NCBI GenBank assembly: GCA_037440445.1
Contig: JBBIUA010000005.1
Span: forward strand, 73,100-137,099
DNA length: 64,000 nucleotides
Direction: 5' to 3'
DNA from: Ignavibacteria bacterium
Lineage (GTDB): Bacteria; Bacteroidota; Ignavibacteria; Kapaibacteriales; UBA2268
Within the stretch, counting starts at the first letter, position 1. Each line of letters begins with the position of its first letter. The notes below the pieces were generated by a model. It searched no databases and had not been told where the DNA came from. It worked only from the letters and a program-made list of their open reading frames with translations. This document shows, piece by piece, positions 28,557 through 37,524 of this stretch. Position numbers and translations under genes: made by a program.

Positions 28557-31500
28557 ATGAAATTAATTAAGGCAAAGGTATTATTTTTTCTCTTGCCCTT
28601 TCTTTTAATTAATATATTTCCAACGCATTCCTATTCACAATCGCTTGTTTCTGATTTGGTCGAAGGGAACGATTTTCTTCGGCTTAAAGTTGTCTCGCCA
28701 TTAATTTCATTTGATACGATATATAGTAATGATAGATCTTTTTTCCTCTTGCCTAATTTTAAAGTCCCTGTTGAGAAGTATACCAAAAATAATTGTACTT
28801 TTTATATTGTTAGAAGTTTAATTGCTTTGCCAGATTCCAATGGCTTTTCTATTGAAAATTTAGAAGTTAACAATGTAGGACAAATAGAAGGGAATTTTGT
28901 TTCACCTGAAAAAAATAATATCCAAAATGATAGTTTTTCAAGGTTTGATAATAATGCTTGGGCTTTAAATAGTTGGGCTAATTTACGATATATTGGGATT
29001 GGAAGGAATTTACATTTAGGTTTATTACAGTTTGTCGTTGGAAAATATAATTGGCTAACAAAGACATTTAACTTTCCAAGAGAAATTAATGTTACTATAA
29101 GGTTCTTTTCTAAGAAAGATGATAATTTTTATAGCAATTTTAAAGATGAAATTTTCTCAAATGTTTTAAATTTCAATCAAGCGAAACGGTGGATTATTGG
29201 TACAAATCAAAAAAGTGTAATTACAAAGGAAGGTTTAGTTCAGCTTTCCCCGAACACTACTTTTATCAAGATTAAAGTTGAAAGGGAAGGAATTTATAAA
29301 ATTGATGGAGCTTCTTTATCTTCATTAGGAGTAAATATCACACCTGATTTGATTCCTACTCTTAAAATATATGGAAGCGACGGTAAGCCACTAAGTGAAA
29401 AAGTTGATGATGCTTTGAAAAATAACTTTACCGAAATTCCAATTATTGTTCGTACAAAAAGCGATGGGAGCTTAGACTATATATTATTTTATGGATTAGG
29501 GACAAGTGGTTTTGAGTATTCAAATAAAACATTTCGAAGTTATCAAAATCCCTATTCAAATGTTAATTATTACTTTCTTTTTTGGGGCGGGACAAAAGGA
29601 TTAAGAATAGAGACAATTCCCGATACTTTGAATTGTGAAAATGTGGTAATTCCTGATTACTATACCGAAAGAATTCAATTCCGAGAAGAAATTACTAATC
29701 CATTTCATAGCGGTTCGGGAAGAATATGGTTTGGTGGAAGTATTTTCCCACGTACATTTGTAAACTTATTACCAGACCTTTATCGCGATGGTGAAATTTT
29801 CTATCGCTTTTATGTTGCCCAAAGCTACCTTGATAACGAAATTGGATATTATGGTAAGTTTTCATTTTATGAGGCACAAAACCTTTTAGCCAAAATCGAA
29901 ATTGGTAAGTTATCCTCTTATGAAGAAGCCATTGCTCGTGAAGTAACTGCAACTTTCCCAGCAAGTTCAATTTCTTCGGATAATAGAAGTTATTTGAAAA
30001 TTGAGTATCAATATCCAAAATCTAATGGTAGCGCAACACCCTTTTTTAATTTTTACGAAATTCATTATCCTCGTCGTCCGGTTGCAATAGATAATTCAAT
30101 ATCCATTTTTTCAATTTTCGATTCCATATCTTGTTACGAACTTCAAATCACAGGTTTTACTGACGGAGAGATTATTGGGTTGAATGTTACCGACCCCAAA
30201 AATCCTTCGTTATTAACTAATCGATCAGTAGTTAAAAACACATTTGCTTTTAGGTTCTTTAATGATTCACTTGTTCCAAGAAGGTTCTATATTAGTTCCA
30301 ATTTTCTCAAACCAGATTTGGCAAAAGTTACACTTGCAGGGTTAAGGAATCCATCACTCCAGGCAGATGTTATAGTTATTACCCATAGCGATTTGTTAAA
30401 TAGTGCAACTAAGTATAAAACCTATCGAGAGAAGTCTAAAAACTTAAAAGTTATGGTTGTAACAGTTGAGGATATTTACAATGAGTTTTCATTTGGTGTC
30501 ACCGACCCCACTGCCATTCGGGACTTTGTAGCTTATGCTGTGAATAATTGGTCGAAAAAACCTAAGTTTCTTGTACTTTGGGGCGATGGACATTTCGATT
30601 TTAGAAACATTTCAACTAAACAAACAAATTATATTCCTGCTTTCCAAATTGCTGATAATCCATCTAACTTTTATTCAACTATTAGTTTTACTAGTGATGA
30701 TTACTATGGTTGTGTGGTTGGAAATGATGATGTAATTGATATTGTCGTTGCTCGTGTTCCAATTTATGATGATGAAACTGGTTTAACATATATTGATAAA
30801 ATAATAACATATGAAAATTCTTCCACGAAAAGCAAATGGAGAAGTACTGTACTTTTTTGCGCTGACGATAGCCCTCAATCTGGTCAGGCGCGCGATGGAA
30901 ATCAACATACGAAAGATTCCGAATTTATTGCTAATGGTTTTGTTCCTAAAGATATGTTTGTAAAAAAACTATATTTACCAGAATACCCGACGGAGAATGT
31001 TCCTAGTGGTAGGAGAAAACCCCTTGCTACTAACGATCTAATAAGAACAATCAACGATGGTGTCCTCCTGGTGAATTGGCTTGGTCATGGTAATCCACGA
31101 GTTTGGGCACACGAAGAATTGTTCGATCGTGATAGAGATATTTCCTTGCTTTCAAATTTGGATAATTTATTTTTTGGAATTGCTGCGACTTGCGATTTTG
31201 GTCGCTTCGATATGGTGAATATTAAAAGTGGTGTAGAAGAATTATTGTTTTATCCTAATGGTGGCGCAATTGCATATCTTGCAGCAACCCGTCCTGTTTA
31301 TGTTAGCGATAATGCAAATCTAAATAGACATTTTGTTGCAAATTTGTTTCAAAGAGACAGTGCAGGTAAGTATCTTTCTCTTGGCCAGGTTCATTTTGCA
31401 GTGAAACAATTACTTTCGGGCGATAATGATATGAAATATCTCCTTTTTGGAGATCCATTGATTGTTTTAAATATCCCTGAATTGGTTGTTAAAATTGACA

Positions 31501-32564
31501 AGGTCAACGGAAATTATATCGATTCTTTACCTTCAGGCAAAACATATAGTTTAAAAGCATTTTCTATCTTAGATTTAGAAGGTTCAATACGTTCATATCT
31601 TGACTCCTCAATATTATCCAATTTTAATGGTAATGTCGAAATAATTATCAATGATGTAGGATTTAATAAAAAAGTTGTGGATATTGATGGCACTATTCAT
31701 TCAATATATAAAGAAGGTGGCATTATTTCTAAAGGAATATTTCCTGTTGTTAATGGAAAATTTACGGGTAAGTTTTATATTACCGATGAAGTGAGTTTTC
31801 TTGATGGAAATATCTCAATACGTTTCTTTGCAAAAGACACAACTAACAATTTGTTTGCTAAGGGTGTGGAAAATAGATTAACGATTTCTGGAATAGATAC
31901 ACTTTTTATAATCGATAGTCAACCACCATCAATTAGTATTTATTTGGACGATACAACTTTTGTTGATGGTGATGTGGTTAGCAATCCTCCATTTCTAATT
32001 GTTAGGTTATTTGACAATACCGCAATAAATACAACCGGTGTTGGAATTGGGCATCTGATTGAAGCTTGGATTGATGATAAACCCGAGTCTATTAATTTGA
32101 CAGATAAATACGAAAGTTCCCCATTTAATCCCCATGAAGGATTCATCAAAACATTTTTAAATCACTTAGACGCCGGGGAACATAAAATTAAGGTTAGAGG
32201 CTGGGATATCTTTAATAATTATTCTTATGCCGAAACTCGTTTTAAGATTCTTGATGCTGACGCTGGTATTTTGCTATTCAACCCAATTGTTTTCCCTCAA
32301 CCCGGTGATAGATTGGTTGTTTTTCGTGTTCAACATAATATTAGTCAACCATATAATGTTACTTTGAAAGTTTTCAATACAATCGGAGAGTTAATTTATC
32401 AAAAAATCGTCGAATTAAGCAGGCTTCGTTACTTTGAATTGACTTACGATTGTATTGATGATTTTGGAAATGCAATTCCAACTGGGATTTATCATTATCA
32501 AATCACTGTTAGTAGTTTTGGTAAAAGTTCGATTTTGTCTGGAAAATTTGCAATTGTTAGATAA
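28557..32564 (+). CDS. porU: T9SS C-terminal signal peptidase PorU (gingipain-like peptidase C25 family)
   Basis: C25 catalytic motifs are WLGHGNP (His codon 31086-31088) and IAATCDFG (Cys codon 31191-31193). Has a CTD-like C-terminus (GIYHYQI...KFAIVR) and sits directly upstream of porV. Confidence 0.8.
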   Translation: MKLIKAKVLFFLLPFLLINIFPTHSYSQSLVSDLVEGNDFLRLKVVSPLISFDTIYSNDRSFFLLPNFKVPVEKYTKNNCTFYIVRSLIALPDSNGFSIENLEVNNVGQIEGNFVSPEKNNIQNDSFSRFDNNAWALNSWANLRYIGIGRNLHLGLLQFVVGKYNWLTKTFNFPREINVTIRFFSKKDDNFYSNFKDEIFSNVLNFNQAKRWIIGTNQKSVITKEGLVQLSPNTTFIKIKVEREGIYKIDGASLSSLGVNITPDLIPTLKIYGSDGKPLSEKVDDALKNNFTEIPIIVRTKSDGSLDYILFYGLGTSGFEYSNKTFRSYQNPYSNVNYYFLFWGGTKGLRIETIPDTLNCENVVIPDYYTERIQFREEITNPFHSGSGRIWFGGSIFPRTFVNLLPDLYRDGEIFYRFYVAQSYLDNEIGYYGKFSFYEAQNLLAKIEIGKLSSYEEAIAREVTATFPASSISSDNRSYLKIEYQYPKSNGSATPFFNFYEIHYPRRPVAIDNSISIFSIFDSISCYELQITGFTDGEIIGLNVTDPKNPSLLTNRSVVKNTFAFRFFNDSLVPRRFYISSNFLKPDLAKVTLAGLRNPSLQADVIVITHSDLLNSATKYKTYREKSKNLKVMVVTVEDIYNEFSFGVTDPTAIRDFVAYAVNNWSKKPKFLVLWGDGHFDFRNISTKQTNYIPAFQIADNPSNFYSTISFTSDDYYGCVVGNDDVIDIVVARVPIYDDETGLTYIDKIITYENSSTKSKWRSTVLFCADDSPQSGQARDGNQHTKDSEFIANGFVPKDMFVKKLYLPEYPTENVPSGRRKPLATNDLIRTINDGVLLVNWLGHGNPRVWAHEELFDRDRDISLLSNLDNLFFGIAATCDFGRFDMVNIKSGVEELLFYPNGGAIAYLAATRPVYVSDNANLNRHFVANLFQRDSAGKYLSLGQVHFAVKQLLSGDNDMKYLLFGDPLIVLNIPELVVKIDKVNGNYIDSLPSGKTYSLKAFSILDLEGSIRSYLDSSILSNFNGNVEIIINDVGFNKKVVDIDGTIHSIYKEGGIISKGIFPVVNGKFTGKFYITDEVSFLDGNISIRFFAKDTTNNLFAKGVENRLTISGIDTLFIIDSQPPSISIYLDDTTFVDGDVVSNPPFLIVRLFDNTAINTTGVGIGHLIEAWIDDKPESINLTDKYESSPFNPHEGFIKTFLNHLDAGEHKIKVRGWDIFNNYSYAETRFKILDADAGILLFNPIVFPQPGDRLVVFRVQHNISQPYNVTLKVFNTIGELIYQKIVELSRLRYFELTYDCIDDFGNAIPTGIYHYQITVSSFGKSSILSGKFAIVR

Positions 32565-32599
32565 TTGTTTCGTTTAAATAAATGTTTTGGAGGTATTTT

Positions 32600-33706
32600 A
32601 TGAAAATAAGCAAAAGTTTAATGGGATTTCTGATTATTCCCCTTTTTCTTTTGGGAAGTACGGGCCTTTTCGCACAGGCAGGAGGTGCATCTGTTCTATT
32701 TATTTCAATTCCACCCGATGCTCGAGCTAGCGGAATGGGCGAGGTTGGAACTGCGATTGCTGATGACATCAATGCAATTTACTGGAATCCTGCCGGATTG
32801 GGATTCCTTAGATATGTTCAAAAAGGGTTCGACCCAGAAGATGTTGTACCTTTCAGACAAATTTCACTTTCTTTTTCTAAATGGCTACCACAATTTAATG
32901 CTGACTTGTATTATAGTTATGGAACGGTAGGACAGTTCTTTGAATCGCTCGATGGAACTCTTGCATTTAATTTTATCTTCATGCATCTTGGAGAATTTAC
33001 AAGAACAGATATAAATGGTAACCCACTTGGTAAGTTTCGTTCTAACGAATTTGCTGTCGGTTTATCCTATGGTACTGAAGTTGCCAAAGACCTGGGAGTA
33101 GGGGTTCAACTTCGTTATATTCAATCCAACCTTGCTCCTGCAAGTGCTCTTGCTGGCGGGGATGCAGGTATTGGTCGAACTGCTTCTTTTGATCTTGGGA
33201 TTCTATGGAAGCCCCAAGAACTTGAAGTTTTTGGGTACGATATTGGAAACATTTTTTCAATCGGATTAAATTTGCAAAATGTTGGTCCAAAAATTACTTA
33301 CCGAAAAGAATCCGATCCAATTCCAACTACTCTTAGAATCGGTACTTCTTTCAACATTCTTAAAGATGAATACAACGATTTGAAGTTTGCTTTAGATATT
33401 GCAAAACTTCTTGTCTATAGAACTCAACTTTCGAGTGACCCTGTGCCAAAATCTTTTATTACAGCATGGCGAAATCCTGGTGTTGAACTTTCATTTGGTG
33501 CAGAATATTGGTACGAGAAATTAATTGCTTTGCGTGCAGGATATTTTACCGAGCCATCTGCTCTTGGAAACCGTAAATATTGGAATTTTGGGGCTGGGCT
33601 TCGATACGATATGTTTCGTTTAGACTTTAGTTTTATTAATACAATTGAAGAAAATCATCCTCTTGCTAATACAATGCGTTTTACATTATTGATTGATTGG
33701 AAATAA
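32600..33706 (+). CDS. porV: T9SS outer-membrane shuttle protein PorV (LptO)
   Basis: SD GGAGG at 32589-32593; signal peptide; PorV/PorQ-type motif PPDARASGMGEVGTAIADDINAIYWNPAGL. It is a beta-barrel-sized protein and shows the canonical porU-porV adjacency. Confidence 0.8.
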   Translation: MKISKSLMGFLIIPLFLLGSTGLFAQAGGASVLFISIPPDARASGMGEVGTAIADDINAIYWNPAGLGFLRYVQKGFDPEDVVPFRQISLSFSKWLPQFNADLYYSYGTVGQFFESLDGTLAFNFIFMHLGEFTRTDINGNPLGKFRSNEFAVGLSYGTEVAKDLGVGVQLRYIQSNLAPASALAGGDAGIGRTASFDLGILWKPQELEVFGYDIGNIFSIGLNLQNVGPKITYRKESDPIPTTLRIGTSFNILKDEYNDLKFALDIAKLLVYRTQLSSDPVPKSFITAWRNPGVELSFGAEYWYEKLIALRAGYFTEPSALGNRKYWNFGAGLRYDMFRLDFSFINTIEENHPLANTMRFTLLIDWK

Positions 33707-33730
33707 TATAGGACTGGATAATTTTGAGCA

Positions 33731-33762
33731 AATGGGGCACATTAATTGTGCCCCATTTATTA
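33731..33762. terminator. Bidirectional hairpin between convergent porV and porin genes
   Basis: AATGGGGCACA-TTAAT-TGTGCCCCATT flanked by A/T runs. Confidence 0.55.
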
Positions 33763-33763
33763 T

Positions 33764-34987
33764 TTAGAAGATATACATAAAAGCTAATTGTCCTCGAATA
33801 TTTGTTACACCTTTTTTATCCGAAATCTTACCTTTATCATTTCGATCGACTTTGCCAAAGTTTGCAAACATTGCTTCAATTTCAGCTGCAATTTTTACTT
33901 TTCCAAAAGTAAATTGTATTCGGGGTGAAATTCTAATCAAATCATCAATATCTTCTGCTCTTCCATAAAATACTGTATAATTGTCCTTGGTGCCTAAGTT
34001 TTTTGAATATCCACCAAATAAACCTACCTCGATATCTTTTCCATATGAAACTTCGGCCCAGAGGCTTAAATTTTGGTTTGTGGTATATTCCCATTTTTCC
34101 TGCGAAGTGTCCTTAACCGCGTATCCACCTAGCATAATCATTTCAGCAAGGTTTTCACCATAAACTGCTTCAGCCTTGAATGAAAAATCCGAAAATGCGA
34201 GTTTTGCAAATCCTATAAATGACATTCCATCAACAGTTTCATCTGTTTTCATTCCAGATTTTGTTACAATTCTTGGCGCAAGTCGCTTGAAATCAACACC
34301 ACCACCTATAAGGGAGTTTTTTAGAAAAGAAACTTGTAATTGTGCATTTAAATTTGGAATCACAGAATTACGTAAATAGATACTTGAATTTCCGGTCGGT
34401 CCAGGGCTTGAAAAATCTCTTTGGGATGCAGCAGTCAAGATTAACTTAATTGGATTGATTTTGGTAGTGAATCGGATTTGAGGGCTACGAATAAATGGTT
34501 GGAATGGAGCACCAGTATTAAATCCTATTGTTCCAGGATAACAATCAACAACGAACATAGGATGCCAATACTGCCCAGCCAATAACTCAAAATGTTCCCA
34601 TATGAATTTTAAAAAAGCATGGCGAAGTCGAAGCGTATTAATTGTAGCATCGGTAGAACCAAAAAATTCTGTTTCAAAATACGCCATAGATTTTGCACCA
34701 AGGACGTCGGGACCTGTTATTGTTCCTGCAAGTCTTGTTTGGATTGATAAGATGTTGAAATTTGATTTTGCGTTTACATCCTCGTTGTTTTTGCCCAAGA
34801 CTTCTTTCTTCGGAATAATTGAGAAATGACCTTCGCGAAGTTGGTCTATTTGTCTGGAGTCAAAAAGGACATCGGTTTTGACATAGCCAGATAGTTTAAG
34901 TGTTACTCCATTGGAATTTTGTTGTGAAAACGAGATATAAATTAAAATAAAAGCAAAAAGAAAAACAGAAGAAAAGAATCGTTTCAT
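33764..34987 (-). CDS. Putative outer-membrane beta-barrel porin (unassigned family)
   Basis: Signal peptide, alternating beta-strand pattern, and a C-terminal aromatic residue (...LAFMYIF). Its start overlaps the upstream GT9 stop (ATGA). Confidence 0.5.
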   Translation of the reverse strand: MKRFFSSVFLFAFILIYISFSQQNSNGVTLKLSGYVKTDVLFDSRQIDQLREGHFSIIPKKEVLGKNNEDVNAKSNFNILSIQTRLAGTITGPDVLGAKSMAYFETEFFGSTDATINTLRLRHAFLKFIWEHFELLAGQYWHPMFVVDCYPGTIGFNTGAPFQPFIRSPQIRFTTKINPIKLILTAASQRDFSSPGPTGNSSIYLRNSVIPNLNAQLQVSFLKNSLIGGGVDFKRLAPRIVTKSGMKTDETVDGMSFIGFAKLAFSDFSFKAEAVYGENLAEMIMLGGYAVKDTSQEKWEYTTNQNLSLWAEVSYGKDIEVGLFGGYSKNLGTKDNYTVFYGRAEDIDDLIRISPRIQFTFGKVKIAAEIEAMFANFGKVDRNDKGKISDKKGVTNIRGQLAFMYIF

Positions 34988-35961
34988 AAAACCTCCATAA
35001 TTTGTTCAAGAAATAACTTGATTGAAGTAATTAATTGGTTGATTTGGATTGATTGAATGCCATAGTCGCCAGGGCAAGCACGAACAACTTTGGCTTTCGG
35101 ATTGTTCGGATGAAATTTATTGAAAAATGTATCCAAACCACTGTAAAATGCAAGAGTATCCTTCCTATATGCAGTTGCTATATGAACAACCGAGGTGTCA
35201 GGTGTTATTACAGCTGTGCAATTTTCTATGAGGGGAAAGATGTCCAAAATAGAATTTGAATTATATATGAATAAAGAGGATTTTATTTTGCTTATTCCTT
35301 TTACTTTTTGAGTATCTTTTTTTTCGAGACAAATCACAACAGGAAGTGGAAATAGAATTTTTGAAAAAATCTCATTTAGAGCCATATCGGAGAAAGTTTT
35401 TCTTGGGTGACTTGCTGAAATATTAAAAACGATGTATTTTCCTTGAGGCAATCTTTTTTTATTCAAGAACCTTTGGAAGTGGGATTTTGAACTTTCGGGA
35501 TAAAATAATTCTGGGATTGGAATTTTATTGTAGGGGAAATTAATATTTAATGATTCAAAAGCTTTGAAAACTCTTTGAGTAAAGTGTAAATCTATGTTTT
35601 GTGTTTCATTAGGGATAGTTTTATCGAAAAAATTATTATCAGCATTCAAACCGATTTTATAATTAGCCTTAACCAATTTTGCAATTATTTTACTTTCCCG
35701 AGAAAAGTGGTCTTTGTGGTCAACATAAAAATCAAAGTTTTTTTTCTTTAACGCCATTATAGTTTGAAGTAATTTTATCGGATTTTTATCCCAAATAAAA
35801 ATTTTTTTTATCCTAGGATGGTATTTAATAATAATATGGTTTTTTTTTCCTGCAATAAAATATATGCTTGAATTGGGGTACTTTGATTTCAATGCAGAAA
35901 TAATTGGAGTGCACAAAATCATATCTCCTAATGTGCCTAATTGTAGAATGCAAATTTCCAT
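34984..35961 (-). CDS. Glycosyltransferase family 9 (LPS heptosyltransferase-like)
   Basis: N-terminus ILQLGTLGDMILCTPIISALK and C-terminal ITPDTSVVHIATA are GT9 hallmarks. Confidence 0.75.
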   Translation of the reverse strand: MEICILQLGTLGDMILCTPIISALKSKYPNSSIYFIAGKKNHIIIKYHPRIKKIFIWDKNPIKLLQTIMALKKKNFDFYVDHKDHFSRESKIIAKLVKANYKIGLNADNNFFDKTIPNETQNIDLHFTQRVFKAFESLNINFPYNKIPIPELFYPESSKSHFQRFLNKKRLPQGKYIVFNISASHPRKTFSDMALNEIFSKILFPLPVVICLEKKDTQKVKGISKIKSSLFIYNSNSILDIFPLIENCTAVITPDTSVVHIATAYRKDTLAFYSGLDTFFNKFHPNNPKAKVVRACPGDYGIQSIQINQLITSIKLFLEQIMEVL

Positions 35962-37031
35962 TAATGTTCAATAAGTTTGACTAAGCCATCGAAAACTTCT
36001 TTTGGGGAAATATCTGAATAATAATCCCTTTTTGAAACCAAGGTTACGGATTTTGTTCCAAACGGAAACCAAGGCATTCCGTATCTATTGCTTTCAAAAG
36101 TATATAGCGCGACAACTGGAATTTTAAAAGCAGAAGCAAGGTGAACAGCTGATGTATCTGGGGTCACTAAAAAATCACAAGTTTGGACCATTGATGCGAA
36201 TTTTTCAAATTCACTTACAAAAGGTGCAAAATACACATTTTTAAAATTGTTAAAGTTTTGTAACAATTTTTTGTGTTTTGTTGTTGCAAAAATCACAATT
36301 TCGAAATCGAATTTATTATTGATAAGTTTAATAAGTTCATTGAAATTATTAATACCCCAGAATTTTTCCTGCGATGAACCCGATAGAATTATTCCTATCC
36401 GTCTTTTATGTTTTTTGGGAAGCAAATTAAACTCTTTAACACTTAAACTTATGAACTTTGAGTAAGATTCAGGTTCAATACCAAAGGGTTTAAGGAATTC
36501 CAAAATTCGGTCAATAATATGTGTACGTAATTTGTTTGGGAGTGGTAGGATATGTGTGTAAATGTTCCTGTTTTCCTTGTCAAAACCCAGTGAATAACGA
36601 GGTTTAATTAGTCGGATTAATAAACTTGAAGTAAAAGAAGGATTGTCTAATAAATCGATAATTAAATCATATTCTTCCTGTCTTAATCTTTTGATTAGCT
36701 TATAAGTTTTACTAATACCTTTAGGAAGCACATAAATTTTGTCAACATAATTTACTAAGGCAAATTTAGCCCCAGAATTTTTTGAGCTAAGTAAAATATC
36801 TATAAAAGTATCGGTTTGTTTGAAATGATTTTTTAATAAACTAAGGAATGGCAGAGAAACCAATACATCGCCTAATCTATCCTGCCGTAGTATCAAAATC
36901 CTTTTAATATAGTTCAAATTTGGGAAAAAACTGGTAAGAACAACTGGGGATGTTCGAGATTTCGTTTTAAAAACTATAGTTTTAAGTAAACTTTTAATTT
37001 GTAGTTCAATAATTTTAAGAAGTTTTTTCAA
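35961..37031 (-). CDS. Glycosyltransferase family 9 (LPS heptosyltransferase-like)
   Basis: ILRQDRLGDVLVSLPF and VTPDTSAVHLASAF are GT9 hallmarks. Its stop overlaps the next GT9 start (TAATG). Confidence 0.75.
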   Translation of the reverse strand: MKKLLKIIELQIKSLLKTIVFKTKSRTSPVVLTSFFPNLNYIKRILILRQDRLGDVLVSLPFLSLLKNHFKQTDTFIDILLSSKNSGAKFALVNYVDKIYVLPKGISKTYKLIKRLRQEEYDLIIDLLDNPSFTSSLLIRLIKPRYSLGFDKENRNIYTHILPLPNKLRTHIIDRILEFLKPFGIEPESYSKFISLSVKEFNLLPKKHKRRIGIILSGSSQEKFWGINNFNELIKLINNKFDFEIVIFATTKHKKLLQNFNNFKNVYFAPFVSEFEKFASMVQTCDFLVTPDTSAVHLASAFKIPVVALYTFESNRYGMPWFPFGTKSVTLVSKRDYYSDISPKEVFDGLVKLIEH

Positions 37032-37079
37032 AGAATTATTTTATCTAATTTCTTGTGAACATCCCCTGTGAAGGTGAAA

Positions 37080-37478
37080 TTAACGATTTTTGTTTTCGGG
37101 ATTTTTCGAGGACTTATTATCATGACAATTATGCTTATCGGTTTTATCTTTACAGTCCTTATCTTTGTGTTCGGGTAAATTTATCTGGGAATTTTCTGTG
37201 TAAATAGCTGCATCGTATCCAGCTTTTTTAATTGAATTTATCAGAGCATCAAGATTTGTTTTTTCGGGATTGAATTTTACTTCAACAACTTTAGAAGGTA
37301 AATCGAGACTTGCACTTTCAACTCCTTCAACTTTTTTCAAAGCTTTTTCGATTTTGGCTTTGCAACCTTCGCAATGTGCATTAGTAAGTAGACGAACACT
37401 TTCAGTTTTAGCAAAAGAGGAAGAAGTAACAAAAAATGCTAATAAAAAGACAGAAAGAACAAAAGAGGCAAACTTCAT
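37080..37478 (-). CDS. Secreted heavy-metal-associated (HMA) domain protein with Cys/His/Lys-rich tail
   Basis: Signal peptide; HMA fold motif HCEGCKAKIEKALKKVEGV; tail HKDKDCKDKTDKHNCHDNK. Confidence 0.75.
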   Translation of the reverse strand: MKFASFVLSVFLLAFFVTSSSFAKTESVRLLTNAHCEGCKAKIEKALKKVEGVESASLDLPSKVVEVKFNPEKTNLDALINSIKKAGYDAAIYTENSQINLPEHKDKDCKDKTDKHNCHDNKSSKNPENKNR

Positions 37479-37524
37479 AATGACTCCGAAAAGTTAAACA
37501 AAAATTAGAAAACGAAAAAAAAGT

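Noticed and set aside
32557-32772. 71-aa antisense ORF over the porV start
   Set aside because: It lies opposite the conserved PorV N-terminal motif region and has no independent support.
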